Below, piece by piece: positions 1 to 8,478 of a stretch of DNA of 20,000 bases (positions are counted from its first letter, which is position 1; each line of letters begins with the position of its first letter). This stretch comes from Rhizaria sp. SCN 62-66 (lineage: Eukaryota): positions 115,361 to 135,360 of the forward strand of contig MEDY01000021.1 in the NCBI GenBank assembly GCA_001724265.1, given 5' to 3'. Position numbers and translations under genes: made by a program. The notes beneath the pieces are model-generated. The model had not been told where the DNA came from, did not search any database, and saw only the letters and a list, made by a program, of their open reading frames with translations.

Positions 1-2
1 AC

Positions 3-3000
3 TCGCCGCGCAACGACGAGAAGAAGAGCGAAGGCGAGAAGGACAAGGCCGACGCCGCCGCCGCGCCGTCGCTGCTCACGGTCGACGAAGACGACGACGA
101 CGTGCCGACTCTCTCCGCGCCTCCCGCGCTGCAGACCCCACACGCGCTGGAGCCCACGCCGCGCAACTCGGTTCCCAAGCCGGCCCTCGTGGTGGACCAG
201 ACCGAGGTCGACACCGCGTTCGACGAAGTGGGCTTCCTGCGCCGCGAGATCGCCGCCCGCAACGAGCCCGCGGTGGAGACGCAAATTGCGCTTCTCCGCG
301 AAGAGCTCGTCACCGTGCGCGCCGCGCTCGACGCGCTGCCGCCCGCGGCGCGCGAGGGCGGGCCGCAGGGCAAGCGCTGGGGCGAACACCTCAAGCGGCT
401 GGACACGGACATCGGCGTGCTGGAGAACGAGCGCGTGAAGCGTGAGGAGCGCGCCGAGCGCCGGCGCAACGCGCGCAGTGGCGTCGACGCCGCGGACACG
501 CTCCAGGACGAGGAGGAGGACGAGGACTTTTACGACGAAGACGAGGACGAGGACGGATTCGGTCATGATATTTACCAGAAAGACGAGCGTGTCGCGCGTG
601 AGGCGCAACAGATGGCGTCCGCGTCCAACGACGCCGCGATGGAGGCCTCGCGCGTTGCCGTCGAAGCCGTTGAGGCCGCCGAGAAGGCCAACGCGGAGCG
701 CGACGCTGCGCAGGAGCAGCTCACGGTAGCCGAGCGCGAGCTCGACGAGTTGCGCCGCAAGATGGAAGAGATGAAGAAGAAGCAGACGCAGATGGAGGAA
801 CAGACTAAGCAGGCCGTGGACGAGAAAACCGCTGCCGAGGCCGCTGCGCGCGAGAATGAGCAGCGCACGGCCGAGCTTAAGAAGGAGCTCGCCGCTGCCA
901 AGCTCGCTTCCCTTGCGACTTCTGAGAAGGAGCACGAGACTAACAAGAGCGTCACCAAGAAGACCGAGGAGCTCTCGAAGCAGCTCGCCGACGAGCGCGC
1001 CCGCGCCGCCGAAGAGAAGGAGCGCGCCGACAAGGCCGAGGCTGACCGTGACGCGACTAAGGAGCAGCTCAAGAACGAGCAGCTCTCGCGCAAGCTCGCC
1101 GAGGAAGCCGCTGCCAAGGAGGCTGCCGACGCCGCCGCGGCGCGCGAGGAGGCCAAGAAGGAGCAGGAGCGCACACAGGCGCGCGCCGAAGCTGCCGAGA
1201 CCGAGCGCGAGAAGCTCCGCAAGGAGTTGAGTGAAACCTCCGTCAAGGAGGCCGGCGCCGCGCAGAAGGGCAAGGAGCTCGACAAGCAGTCCAAGGACCT
1301 GGAACGCCAACTCAAGGCCGAGGAGGCCAAGTCCGAGGCGGCCCGCAAGGAGGCTGAGAAGCAGGCTAAGGCGCTTGAGACCGCGACTGCGCGTGAGAAG
1401 GCTGCTGCGGACAAGGCGAGTGCAGCGGAAAAGAAGCAAAAGGAGACGGACGAGAAGGTCGTTGCACTGCAGAAGGAGCTCGCGGCCGAGAAGGCCAAGG
1501 CCGAGGCTGCTGAGGGCAAGGTTGACTCGCTCTCCAGCTCGCAGACGCAGCGCGAGGCCAAGGCCGCCGAGGTCGAGAAGCGTGTCCGCGAGCTCGAGAC
1601 CGAGGCAGAGAAGGCCGCGCAGCGCGAGAAGGAGCTCGCATCCCGCGCTGAGAGCGCCGAGACGGAGCGCGAGAAGCTGCGCAAGGAGCTCTCTGAGACC
1701 TCGGTCAAGGAGGCCGGAGCGTCGCAGAAGAGCAAGGAGCAGAGCAAGCAGATCAAAGAGCTCGAGGACAAGTACAAGGCCGAGCAAGCCAAGCACGAGA
1801 CAACGCGCAAGGACGCCGACAAGAAGGCCAAGGCTCTGGAGGCCGCCACTGTGCGCGAGAAGGCCGCTGCGGATAAGGCTACCGCGTCCGAGAAGAAACA
1901 AAAGGAGACCGACGACAAGGTTGTCGCTCTCCAGAAGGAGCTCGCTGCGGAGAAGGCCAAGGCCGAGGCCGCGGAGGGCAAGGCGGCGTCACTGTCAACC
2001 ACGCAGTCTGAGCGCGACAAGCAGGCCGAGGCCACTGCCAAGAAGTTGCGCGAGCACGAGGCCGAGGCTGAGAAGGCTGCGCAGCGCGAGAAGGAGCTCA
2101 CCGCGCGCGCCGAGGCCGCCGAGAAGGAGCGCGAGACCATCCGCAAGGAGCTCTCTGAGGTGATTGTCAAGGAGGCCGGTAGCTCTCAGAAGAGCAAGGA
2201 GCACCACAAGCAGGTCAAGGAGCTCGAGAAGCAGCTCAAGGCGGAGCAGGCCAAGCACGAGGCCGCGCGCGAGGAGCTCGTCAAGGCCGAGAAGGCCGCT
2301 GAGGCCGCCGACGGCCGCGAGAAGTCCACCGCCGAGCGTCTCACCGCTGGCTCCAAGAAGCAGCAGGAGACGGATGCGCAGGTGCTGACGCTGCAGAGCG
2401 AGCTCGCCGCCGAGCGCGCCAAGGCTGAGGCGGCCGAGGGCCAGGCGACGTCGCTCGCCACGACGCAGACGCAGCGCGACGCCGAGGCCGCGGCGACTGA
2501 GAAGCGTCTGCGCGACCTCGAGAAGCAGCTCGCCGACGCCGAACGCCGCGAGAAGGACGCCGTTGCGCGCGCTGAAGCCTCCGAGGCCGAGTCTGCGGAC
2601 AAGGGCGCCCAGCTGCAGTCACAGGCGGCGCGCGAGCAAGAGCAGGCGAAGGCCGCTAAGGAGCTCTCGCGCCAGCTTGCCGAGGCCGTTGCGGCGACTG
2701 CGGCCGAGAAGACGCGCGCCGACAAGGCTGACGAGCGCGCCGAGCAGCAGTCGGAGAAGCTGCAGAGCAAGAACAAGGAGCTGAGCGAGAAGAACAAGGA
2801 GCTCGTCAAGACCAGCAAGGAGGCCGTTGCCACCGCGGCCACGGACCGTGCGCGCGCCGAGACGGCCGAGCGCGTCGCCTCCGAGAACGAAGCCGCGCTC
2901 GCCAAGGCGCAGGCCGAGCTCGCTGCCCGCCAGGCCGCGCTCGACAAGGCCACCAGCGACGCCGCCGCGAAACAGAAGGCGCTTGACAAGGCGGAGGCTG

Positions 3001-6000
3001 AGCGCGCCAAGCAGGCCGCGGACCGCAAGGAGCTCTCCGGCTCCAAGTCTGGGCTCGAGAAGCGCGTTGCCGAGCTCGTCGCACTCTTGGCTGCCGAGAA
3101 GGCCCGTGGCGACAAGGCCGAGAGCGGCGTCGCGGCCAAGGAGGACGAACTTGCCCGTCTCCGCGCCGCGGTTGCGGAGCAGAAGACCGCGCTCGACAAG
3201 GCCGAGGAGGACCGCGCTGCGCATGACGCCGCAGCCGCTAGTGCTGCACACAAGTACGACGAGCTTAAGACTGCCAGCGAGGTCGCCGCGATCGAGTCCG
3301 CTGCGCGCGCCGCCCGTGTCTCCGCGCTTGAGGAGGAGCTCGCCGAGGCGCGCAAGCTGGCCGCTGAGGAGGCCGCGCGCGCGCAGAAGCTCGAGGACGA
3401 GTCGAGCGCGCGCGACGGCACTGCGAAGGAGCTCCAAGGCAAGGAGCGCGCGCTTGCGCAGCAGGTTGCGCGTCTCGAGAAAGACCTCGCCGCCGCGCAG
3501 CGCACGAGCGAGACCGAACGCGCGCGTGCCGAGGAGGCCGAGCGTGTCTGCGAGCAGCGCGCTGAGCAGGTCAAGACTCTTGAGACCAGCGAGGCCACGC
3601 TTACCAAGTCTAGCAAGGCCACTGAGCAGCAGCTCGCGGCAACGCAGCGCGACCTGCAGCGCGAGCAAGAGCGCGCCGACAAGGCCGAGGCTGAGGCGGC
3701 GCAGACTGCCGATGCGGGCCGCGAGGCCGCTGTGCGCGAGGCTGCGCTCACCAAGGCTCTGCGCGAGCTTGAGCGTGTTTCCGCTGAGCAGCAGAGCGCT
3801 GTGCAGGAGTCCTCCGCGCGCGCCGCGACTGCAGAGGCCGAGGCCCAGCGCGCCGAGGCCGCTGCTGCTGAGGCCCGCGAGGCCGAGACCGCGACGGCCG
3901 CAGCGTTGCGCGAGAGCGAGCGTCAGCTGGCCGAGGCGAACAAGGCCAGCACTGCGCGCCAGCAGCGCGTTGAGACTCTGCAGGCCGAGACCGCGGCGCT
4001 CGAGGCGCGCGTGGAGGAGCTCGAGAGCACCAACAAGGACGCCAACAGCCGCGGCTCGTCCGCCAGCAAGCGCATCCGCGAGCTCGAGCGCGAGGCCGCC
4101 GAGGCGCTCAAGGCGCTGGAGGAGATCAAGGTCAAGAACGAGGCCAACGAGACGGCGCTGCGCGAGTCGCGTGTCGAGGCCGAGGACAACGCCGCCGCAG
4201 TCAAGGCTGCTGGGTTCAAGATCAAGGAGCTTGAGCGCACGATCGTCGACAAGGAGCGCGCCCGCGCTGATGCTGCCGTTACTGCACAGCAGCACGCTGA
4301 CCAGGCCGCCGCGGCCGACGCGCGCTCCGCTGTGACGCAAAAGCGCGCCGCAGACGCCGAGCTCAAGCTCGCCGAGACCCAGAAGGAACTCGCGAACGAA
4401 GTTGCTGAGCGCGCCGCCGCTGAGGCCACCGCGCAGCGTCTCAAGATTACCGCCGACAGCGTTGTCGAGAAGGAGGTCCGCCTCGCTGAGCTCGCCGCCG
4501 CTGTTGCCGCCGCCGAGCAGGCCACCGCGGCGACGCAGGTCGACCTCGAGCGCACGCGCAGCACCGTGCAGCAGCGCGACCTTGCCGCTGAGGCCGCCGC
4601 CTCGCGCATTGCTTCGCTCGAGGCCGCGCTGGAGGAGTCGCAGGCCACGCATGCTAAGGCCGCCCGCGAGGCGTCCGAGCATGAGGCCACCGCCGCCGCG
4701 CGTGCGAGCGAGGTTCGCCGTCTCGAAGCCGAGCTGGGCAAGTCCCAGCGCGCCGTGCAGACGCACGAGGAAGAGTGCGCCAAGCACTCGCACGAGCTGT
4801 CCGAGGCCAAGCATAAGGCCGCCGAGCACTCTGCCGCCATGGTCCGTCTCACGGGGCAGGCCGAGGCGAGCAAGGCCGCCGCCACGCGCGCCGAGGCCGC
4901 TAAGGAGGCCGCCGAGGCTGAGCTGGCCAAGATGGTCCAGGACCTCGCCGAGCAGGAGGGCAAGGCCGGCGAGCAGTCGTCCGCACTCACGCGCACGCAG
5001 GCTGCGCTCGAGGCTGTGCGCGCCGTGCTCGCCCGCACCGAGGCCGCCAAGGCGGACGAGGCGCGCGAGAACGAGGCCGCGCTTGCAACCGCGGTCGCCA
5101 AGACCGAGGAGCTCGAAGAGGCTCTCCGCGAGCAGCGCCGCGTCGCCGAGGAGGACGCCCGCCGCGAGCGCGCTGCTCTCGAGGAGCGCCGCGTTTCCGA
5201 GCTCGAGGAGCTTCGCGCCGAGCTCGCGCGCGTGCAGGACGAGCGCCGCGCCGCCAAGGCCGAGCAGGGCAAGAGCGACGCCGCGCTTGTCGTCGCCGAG
5301 AGCCGCGCGCGCGAGGCCGAGGAGGAGCGCGCCGCCGCGACTGAGCAGCGCGAGGACCTTGCCGCCAAACTTGCCGAGGCCGTTGCCCGCATCGCGGCCG
5401 TGACGGCGGAACGCGTGGGCGCCGAGTCTGCCGCGCGCGAGGAGCATGAGCGCTCCGAGGCCGCTGCGCGCGAGATTGAGCACGAAACCAAGGCCAACGA
5501 GGAGCTCCGCGCTCGCGTTGAGGAGCTTCAGGCCGCGCTCGACGCCAAGACTGCTGAGGCCGAGGAGAAGACTGCGCAGGCTGAGCAGAGCGCCGAGGAG
5601 GCCGCTGCCGCCGCGCGCAAGAGCGAGGCCGCCCAGGCCGCCGCTGCCGCCACCGCGGCCAAGGCTGCCGCGGAGATTGCCACGGTGCAGGCCACCGCGG
5701 ACGAGACTGAGGAGGCGCGCGTCGCCGCTGTGAAGCAGATCGAGGAACTGGAGCAGGCGCTTAAGGCGAAGCAAGCCGAGGAGCGTGCGCAGGCCCGCGA
5801 GGTCGAGATCGCGCTCGCGCGCGTCGAGGCACAGGAGGCCCGCGCCGTGGCCGCCGAGAGCAAGATCGACAAGGAGAAGGAGCGCGTCGTGGACTCGATC
5901 AAGGAGGTCAAGGAGCTCACGGAGCGTCTCCGCGAGCTCGAGGATGCTGTGCAGGACGGCATGGAGCGTGAGGCCGCGGCTCTCAAGGAGGCCGCAACTG

Positions 6001-7910
6001 CCCGCGCCGACGCCGAGCGCGCTGCGACGGAGCACGAGCTCGCGGCGTCTGCGCAGCGGCTCGAGACTGAGGCCGTCCGCGAGGAGAAGGCCGCCGTGGA
6101 GCACGAGCTCACGACACTGCTCAACACGCCTCCCCCGCCGCCGCCCGTCATGGTGTCGAAGGCTACCGAGACGGACGTCATTCTGAACCCTGTGCCGAAC
6201 CGCCGCCCCAACGGCAAGAACGGCGCTGGCGCCACTGTGGCCGAGCTGGAGTCCGCGCTCGAGATGGAGCAGTCCCGTGTCGCGGCGCTCAAGAAGGAGT
6301 TCACTGCCTACCGCAGCGCCAAGGACCGCGAGCTGCTCGAGATGACCGAGCTCGCCGCCACTGCGCAGAACGAGGTCGAGGCGCTCCAGGAGCGTGTTGC
6401 CGCGCTCGAGGAACTGCTTGAGCAGATCGGCCTCGACGGCGTGCCTTCGACGCACTCTGAGCCGCGCACCGGCGCGCCGTCGACGCGCCAGATGCACATG
6501 GACCGCGCGCGCACGCTACTTGAGGTGCTGGAGCCGCAAGTCGGTATCACCATCGCCAAGCCCGTCCCCGGTCAGCAGGCCGTGCGCGTGCTCAAGGTCC
6601 TCATCGGCAAGGCCGCCTACAACGCCGGTCTGCGCCCCGATGACGAGATCGAGCAGGTTAACGGTGTTGACACGCCCGACAACGCGTCGTTCACGCAGGA
6701 GTTCACCCGTCAGGCCCAGGCCGGCACGATCATCTCGCTCCAGGTTCTTGCCCGCCGCGCCGATGGCGGCAAGGCGGCGCGCAACGTCCAGATCGAGATC
6801 GGTTCCCGCCATGTCACCTGCGGCCAGGTCAAGGATCTGCGTCGCATTGCCGGTGGTGTGCTTAAGCCCGGCGACAACGCGTTGCTGGAGGAGGTTGAGG
6901 TGCTGCAGGACGCTGTGGGCGACATGCCCGCCAACAGCCCCTACCGTCGCGCGCGCGAGTCCTACGGCGGCGCGCTGCCCGCGCCCGAGCCCGCAGCTGG
7001 TGCTTTGACGTACGACTACGGACCAGGTCAGGGCCAGATGGTCGAGCACCACGACCAGGGCGCCGGCACGGAAGATTACCACGATGAGCACGACGACTTT
7101 GGCGTCGACGACGACCGCACCGCGCACTCGCTGGGCGATGACGCCTCCGGTGCTGTCGACGACGTTGACGCAGACGCAGACGCAGACATGGCCGCTGCGC
7201 ATGACGTCACTGGTGACGACTCCACTAACACTGGTGCCGGTATGATGACTCCCCCGCGTCGCGCCAGCATGTCGTCGCCCGACGGCGACTACGCACCGCC
7301 TTCGACGCCGCCCCTGCTGCCCGCGAGCTACGTCGAGGAGAGCGACGGCCAGATCCTCTTCCCGAACCGCCACCCGCGCATGCCACTGCAACAGCAGCAG
7401 CCCGCGTCCGCGGCGCAGAAGCCCGCTCCATCCGGCCGCCGCGCTTCGACCTCGAACCCTGCCCCGCGCTCGACGACGCCCAACCCCAACGTAGCTACCG
7501 AGCCCCCGCGCTCAGCGCGCCGTCCCGGTGCCCCGTCGCCGACGCCGTCGACCGGCTCGATGTCTGCCCGAGGCCTCGGATCCCCCGCGCCCCCGTCCGG
7601 TGGCCGCACGCCCCCCGTGGCGCCCGTGTCGGCCTCGCGCGTGCCCGCCCCGCGCGCGCAGCACCCGTACTCGGCCCGCCAGGCGTCTGACATGGGCGCG
7701 CGCTCGCCGCCGCTGCCTGGCTCTGCGCGCGCGCCCAACAAGTACGGGCCGTACAACCGCGTGCCCGTGCCTGCACAGGAAATTGCGCAATCACGTCTGA
7801 TGCCCGAGCGCCGCGCTGATCTCGGGTTCGTGGCGGACCAGATCAACGATGGCGGTGCGTCGCCGTCTGTCAACAGCAACGCTAAGCCCCGGGCGACGCC
7901 GCGCCGCTAA
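3..7910 (+). CDS. Giant coiled-coil protein with C-terminal PDZ domain and acidic then Pro/Ser/Arg-rich disordered tail; 5'-partial (>2630 aa)
   Basis: The frame is already open from nt 3 (SPRNDEKKSEGEKDKADAAAAPSLLTVDEDDDDVP), so the GTG at 102 is not the start. About 1900 aa of A/E/K/R heptad sequence with strong GC3 bias, a PDZ-like segment, TAA at 7908-7910, then an abrupt drop in GC. Confidence 0.93.
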   Translation, partial: SPRNDEKKSEGEKDKADAAAAPSLLTVDEDDDDVPTLSAPPALQTPHALEPTPRNSVPKPALVVDQTEVDTAFDEVGFLRREIAARNEPAVETQIALLREELVTVRAALDALPPAAREGGPQGKRWGEHLKRLDTDIGVLENERVKREERAERRRNARSGVDAADTLQDEEEDEDFYDEDEDEDGFGHDIYQKDERVAREAQQMASASNDAAMEASRVAVEAVEAAEKANAERDAAQEQLTVAERELDELRRKMEEMKKKQTQMEEQTKQAVDEKTAAEAAARENEQRTAELKKELAAAKLASLATSEKEHETNKSVTKKTEELSKQLADERARAAEEKERADKAEADRDATKEQLKNEQLSRKLAEEAAAKEAADAAAAREEAKKEQERTQARAEAAETEREKLRKELSETSVKEAGAAQKGKELDKQSKDLERQLKAEEAKSEAARKEAEKQAKALETATAREKAAADKASAAEKKQKETDEKVVALQKELAAEKAKAEAAEGKVDSLSSSQTQREAKAAEVEKRVRELETEAEKAAQREKELASRAESAETEREKLRKELSETSVKEAGASQKSKEQSKQIKELEDKYKAEQAKHETTRKDADKKAKALEAATVREKAAADKATASEKKQKETDDKVVALQKELAAEKAKAEAAEGKAASLSTTQSERDKQAEATAKKLREHEAEAEKAAQREKELTARAEAAEKERETIRKELSEVIVKEAGSSQKSKEHHKQVKELEKQLKAEQAKHEAAREELVKAEKAAEAADGREKSTAERLTAGSKKQQETDAQVLTLQSELAAERAKAEAAEGQATSLATTQTQRDAEAAATEKRLRDLEKQLADAERREKDAVARAEASEAESADKGAQLQSQAAREQEQAKAAKELSRQLAEAVAATAAEKTRADKADERAEQQSEKLQSKNKELSEKNKELVKTSKEAVATAATDRARAETAERVASENEAALAKAQAELAARQAALDKATSDAAAKQKALDKAEAERAKQAADRKELSGSKSGLEKRVAELVALLAAEKARGDKAESGVAAKEDELARLRAAVAEQKTALDKAEEDRAAHDAAAASAAHKYDELKTASEVAAIESAARAARVSALEEELAEARKLAAEEAARAQKLEDESSARDGTAKELQGKERALAQQVARLEKDLAAAQRTSETERARAEEAERVCEQRAEQVKTLETSEATLTKSSKATEQQLAATQRDLQREQERADKAEAEAAQTADAGREAAVREAALTKALRELERVSAEQQSAVQESSARAATAEAEAQRAEAAAAEAREAETATAAALRESERQLAEANKASTARQQRVETLQAETAALEARVEELESTNKDANSRGSSASKRIRELEREAAEALKALEEIKVKNEANETALRESRVEAEDNAAAVKAAGFKIKELERTIVDKERARADAAVTAQQHADQAAAADARSAVTQKRAADAELKLAETQKELANEVAERAAAEATAQRLKITADSVVEKEVRLAELAAAVAAAEQATAATQVDLERTRSTVQQRDLAAEAAASRIASLEAALEESQATHAKAAREASEHEATAAARASEVRRLEAELGKSQRAVQTHEEECAKHSHELSEAKHKAAEHSAAMVRLTGQAEASKAAATRAEAAKEAAEAELAKMVQDLAEQEGKAGEQSSALTRTQAALEAVRAVLARTEAAKADEARENEAALATAVAKTEELEEALREQRRVAEEDARRERAALEERRVSELEELRAELARVQDERRAAKAEQGKSDAALVVAESRAREAEEERAAATEQREDLAAKLAEAVARIAAVTAERVGAESAAREEHERSEAAAREIEHETKANEELRARVEELQAALDAKTAEAEEKTAQAEQSAEEAAAAARKSEAAQAAAAATAAKAAAEIATVQATADETEEARVAAVKQIEELEQALKAKQAEERAQAREVEIALARVEAQEARAVAAESKIDKEKERVVDSIKEVKELTERLRELEDAVQDGMEREAAALKEAATARADAERAATEHELAASAQRLETEAVREEKAAVEHELTTLLNTPPPPPPVMVSKATETDVILNPVPNRRPNGKNGAGATVAELESALEMEQSRVAALKKEFTAYRSAKDRELLEMTELAATAQNEVEALQERVAALEELLEQIGLDGVPSTHSEPRTGAPSTRQMHMDRARTLLEVLEPQVGITIAKPVPGQQAVRVLKVLIGKAAYNAGLRPDDEIEQVNGVDTPDNASFTQEFTRQAQAGTIISLQVLARRADGGKAARNVQIEIGSRHVTCGQVKDLRRIAGGVLKPGDNALLEEVEVLQDAVGDMPANSPYRRARESYGGALPAPEPAAGALTYDYGPGQGQMVEHHDQGAGTEDYHDEHDDFGVDDDRTAHSLGDDASGAVDDVDADADADMAAAHDVTGDDSTNTGAGMMTPPRRASMSSPDGDYAPPSTPPLLPASYVEESDGQILFPNRHPRMPLQQQQPASAAQKPAPSGRRASTSNPAPRSTTPNPNVATEPPRSARRPGAPSPTPSTGSMSARGLGSPAPPSGGRTPPVAPVSASRVPAPRAQHPYSARQASDMGARSPPLPGSARAPNKYGPYNRVPVPAQEIAQSRLMPERRADLGFVADQINDGGASPSVNSNAKPRATPRR
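1182..2567 (+). repeat. Intragenic tandem repeat: 3 x 462 nt (154 aa) plus a degenerate fourth copy starting at 2568
   Basis: RAE(A/S)(A/S)E starts at 1182, 1644, 2106 and 2568, exactly 462 nt apart. Shared blocks include ERExxRKELSExxVKEAG, KKQxETD, LQxELAAE(K/R)AKAEAAEG and QREKEL. Confidence 0.95.
6534..6803 (+). other. PDZ domain within the giant coiled-coil protein
   Basis: PQVGITI...AVRVLKVLIGKAAYNAGLRPDDEIEQVNGVD...GTIISLQV matches the PDZ pattern (G-hydrophobic strand, V..V..G..A..AGL..xD.I..VNG). Confidence 0.85.
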
Positions 7911-7952
7911 ACACAAAACAGACACCAGCAACGAGTACGAACAGTGCATTGA

Positions 7953-8171
7953 GTAAGTGAGTGATTATCCACGCTCTGGTGTGGTATGCTGTGAGTGCTG
8001 TTCTCGCGTTCTGTTGAGGTGATGTTAAATTATGCTAATTTTGCTCTGATCTTTTTGTCATGCAATCTGTGATGTATTACAAAAAGACAAGGCACGTTGT
8101 TGTACTGCGCAGCGATACCGACAACTGACTACATTTTAAAATGGTGTTTGTTTTTTTCTATTTCTCTTCAG
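7953..8171 (+). other. Candidate spliceosomal intron in the 3' UTR of the PDZ/coiled-coil gene
   Basis: Overlapping consensus donors GTAAGT (7953) and GTGAGT (7957). Branch-like CTGAC at 8125-8129, then an AG-free T-rich tract ending TTTCTCTTCAG|G at 8171. Confidence 0.5.
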
Positions 8172-8478
8172 GTGGCTCATCGAGCGAATTTATGATGTCC
8201 TAGCCTGCAGGTTTTTGATTTTGCTTTTCTTTTGTCTCATTTCGTCTTTTCTATGTAAGTTCGGTTTGCTCATGCATCCCAACTCTTGTTGTCTGTCCCA
8301 TCCACAGGAGTGCCTTTTGAGTTACTATTCTTACTGGTCGTTTTGTTCTTCAGACTACCTCAACAATAACAATACATTGTTCACTATCTAACACTGTAAG
8401 CGTTGAACTCAAGCAAGTGTATAAATCAAAATCATATGCTGTATTCAAATCAAATCAATTCTAGCTTGGTAACGCGAT

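Noticed and set aside
102-104. GTG start given for the 2602-aa ORF
   Set aside because: The frame is open to the window edge and the context is eukaryotic.
572-6497. Long antisense and alternative-frame ORFs (e.g. 1292 aa at 2619-6497, several of ~520 aa)
   Set aside because: Shadows of a GC3-rich A/E/K/R coding strand that lacks stop-complementary codons; the translations are L/G- or S/A-rich with no domains.
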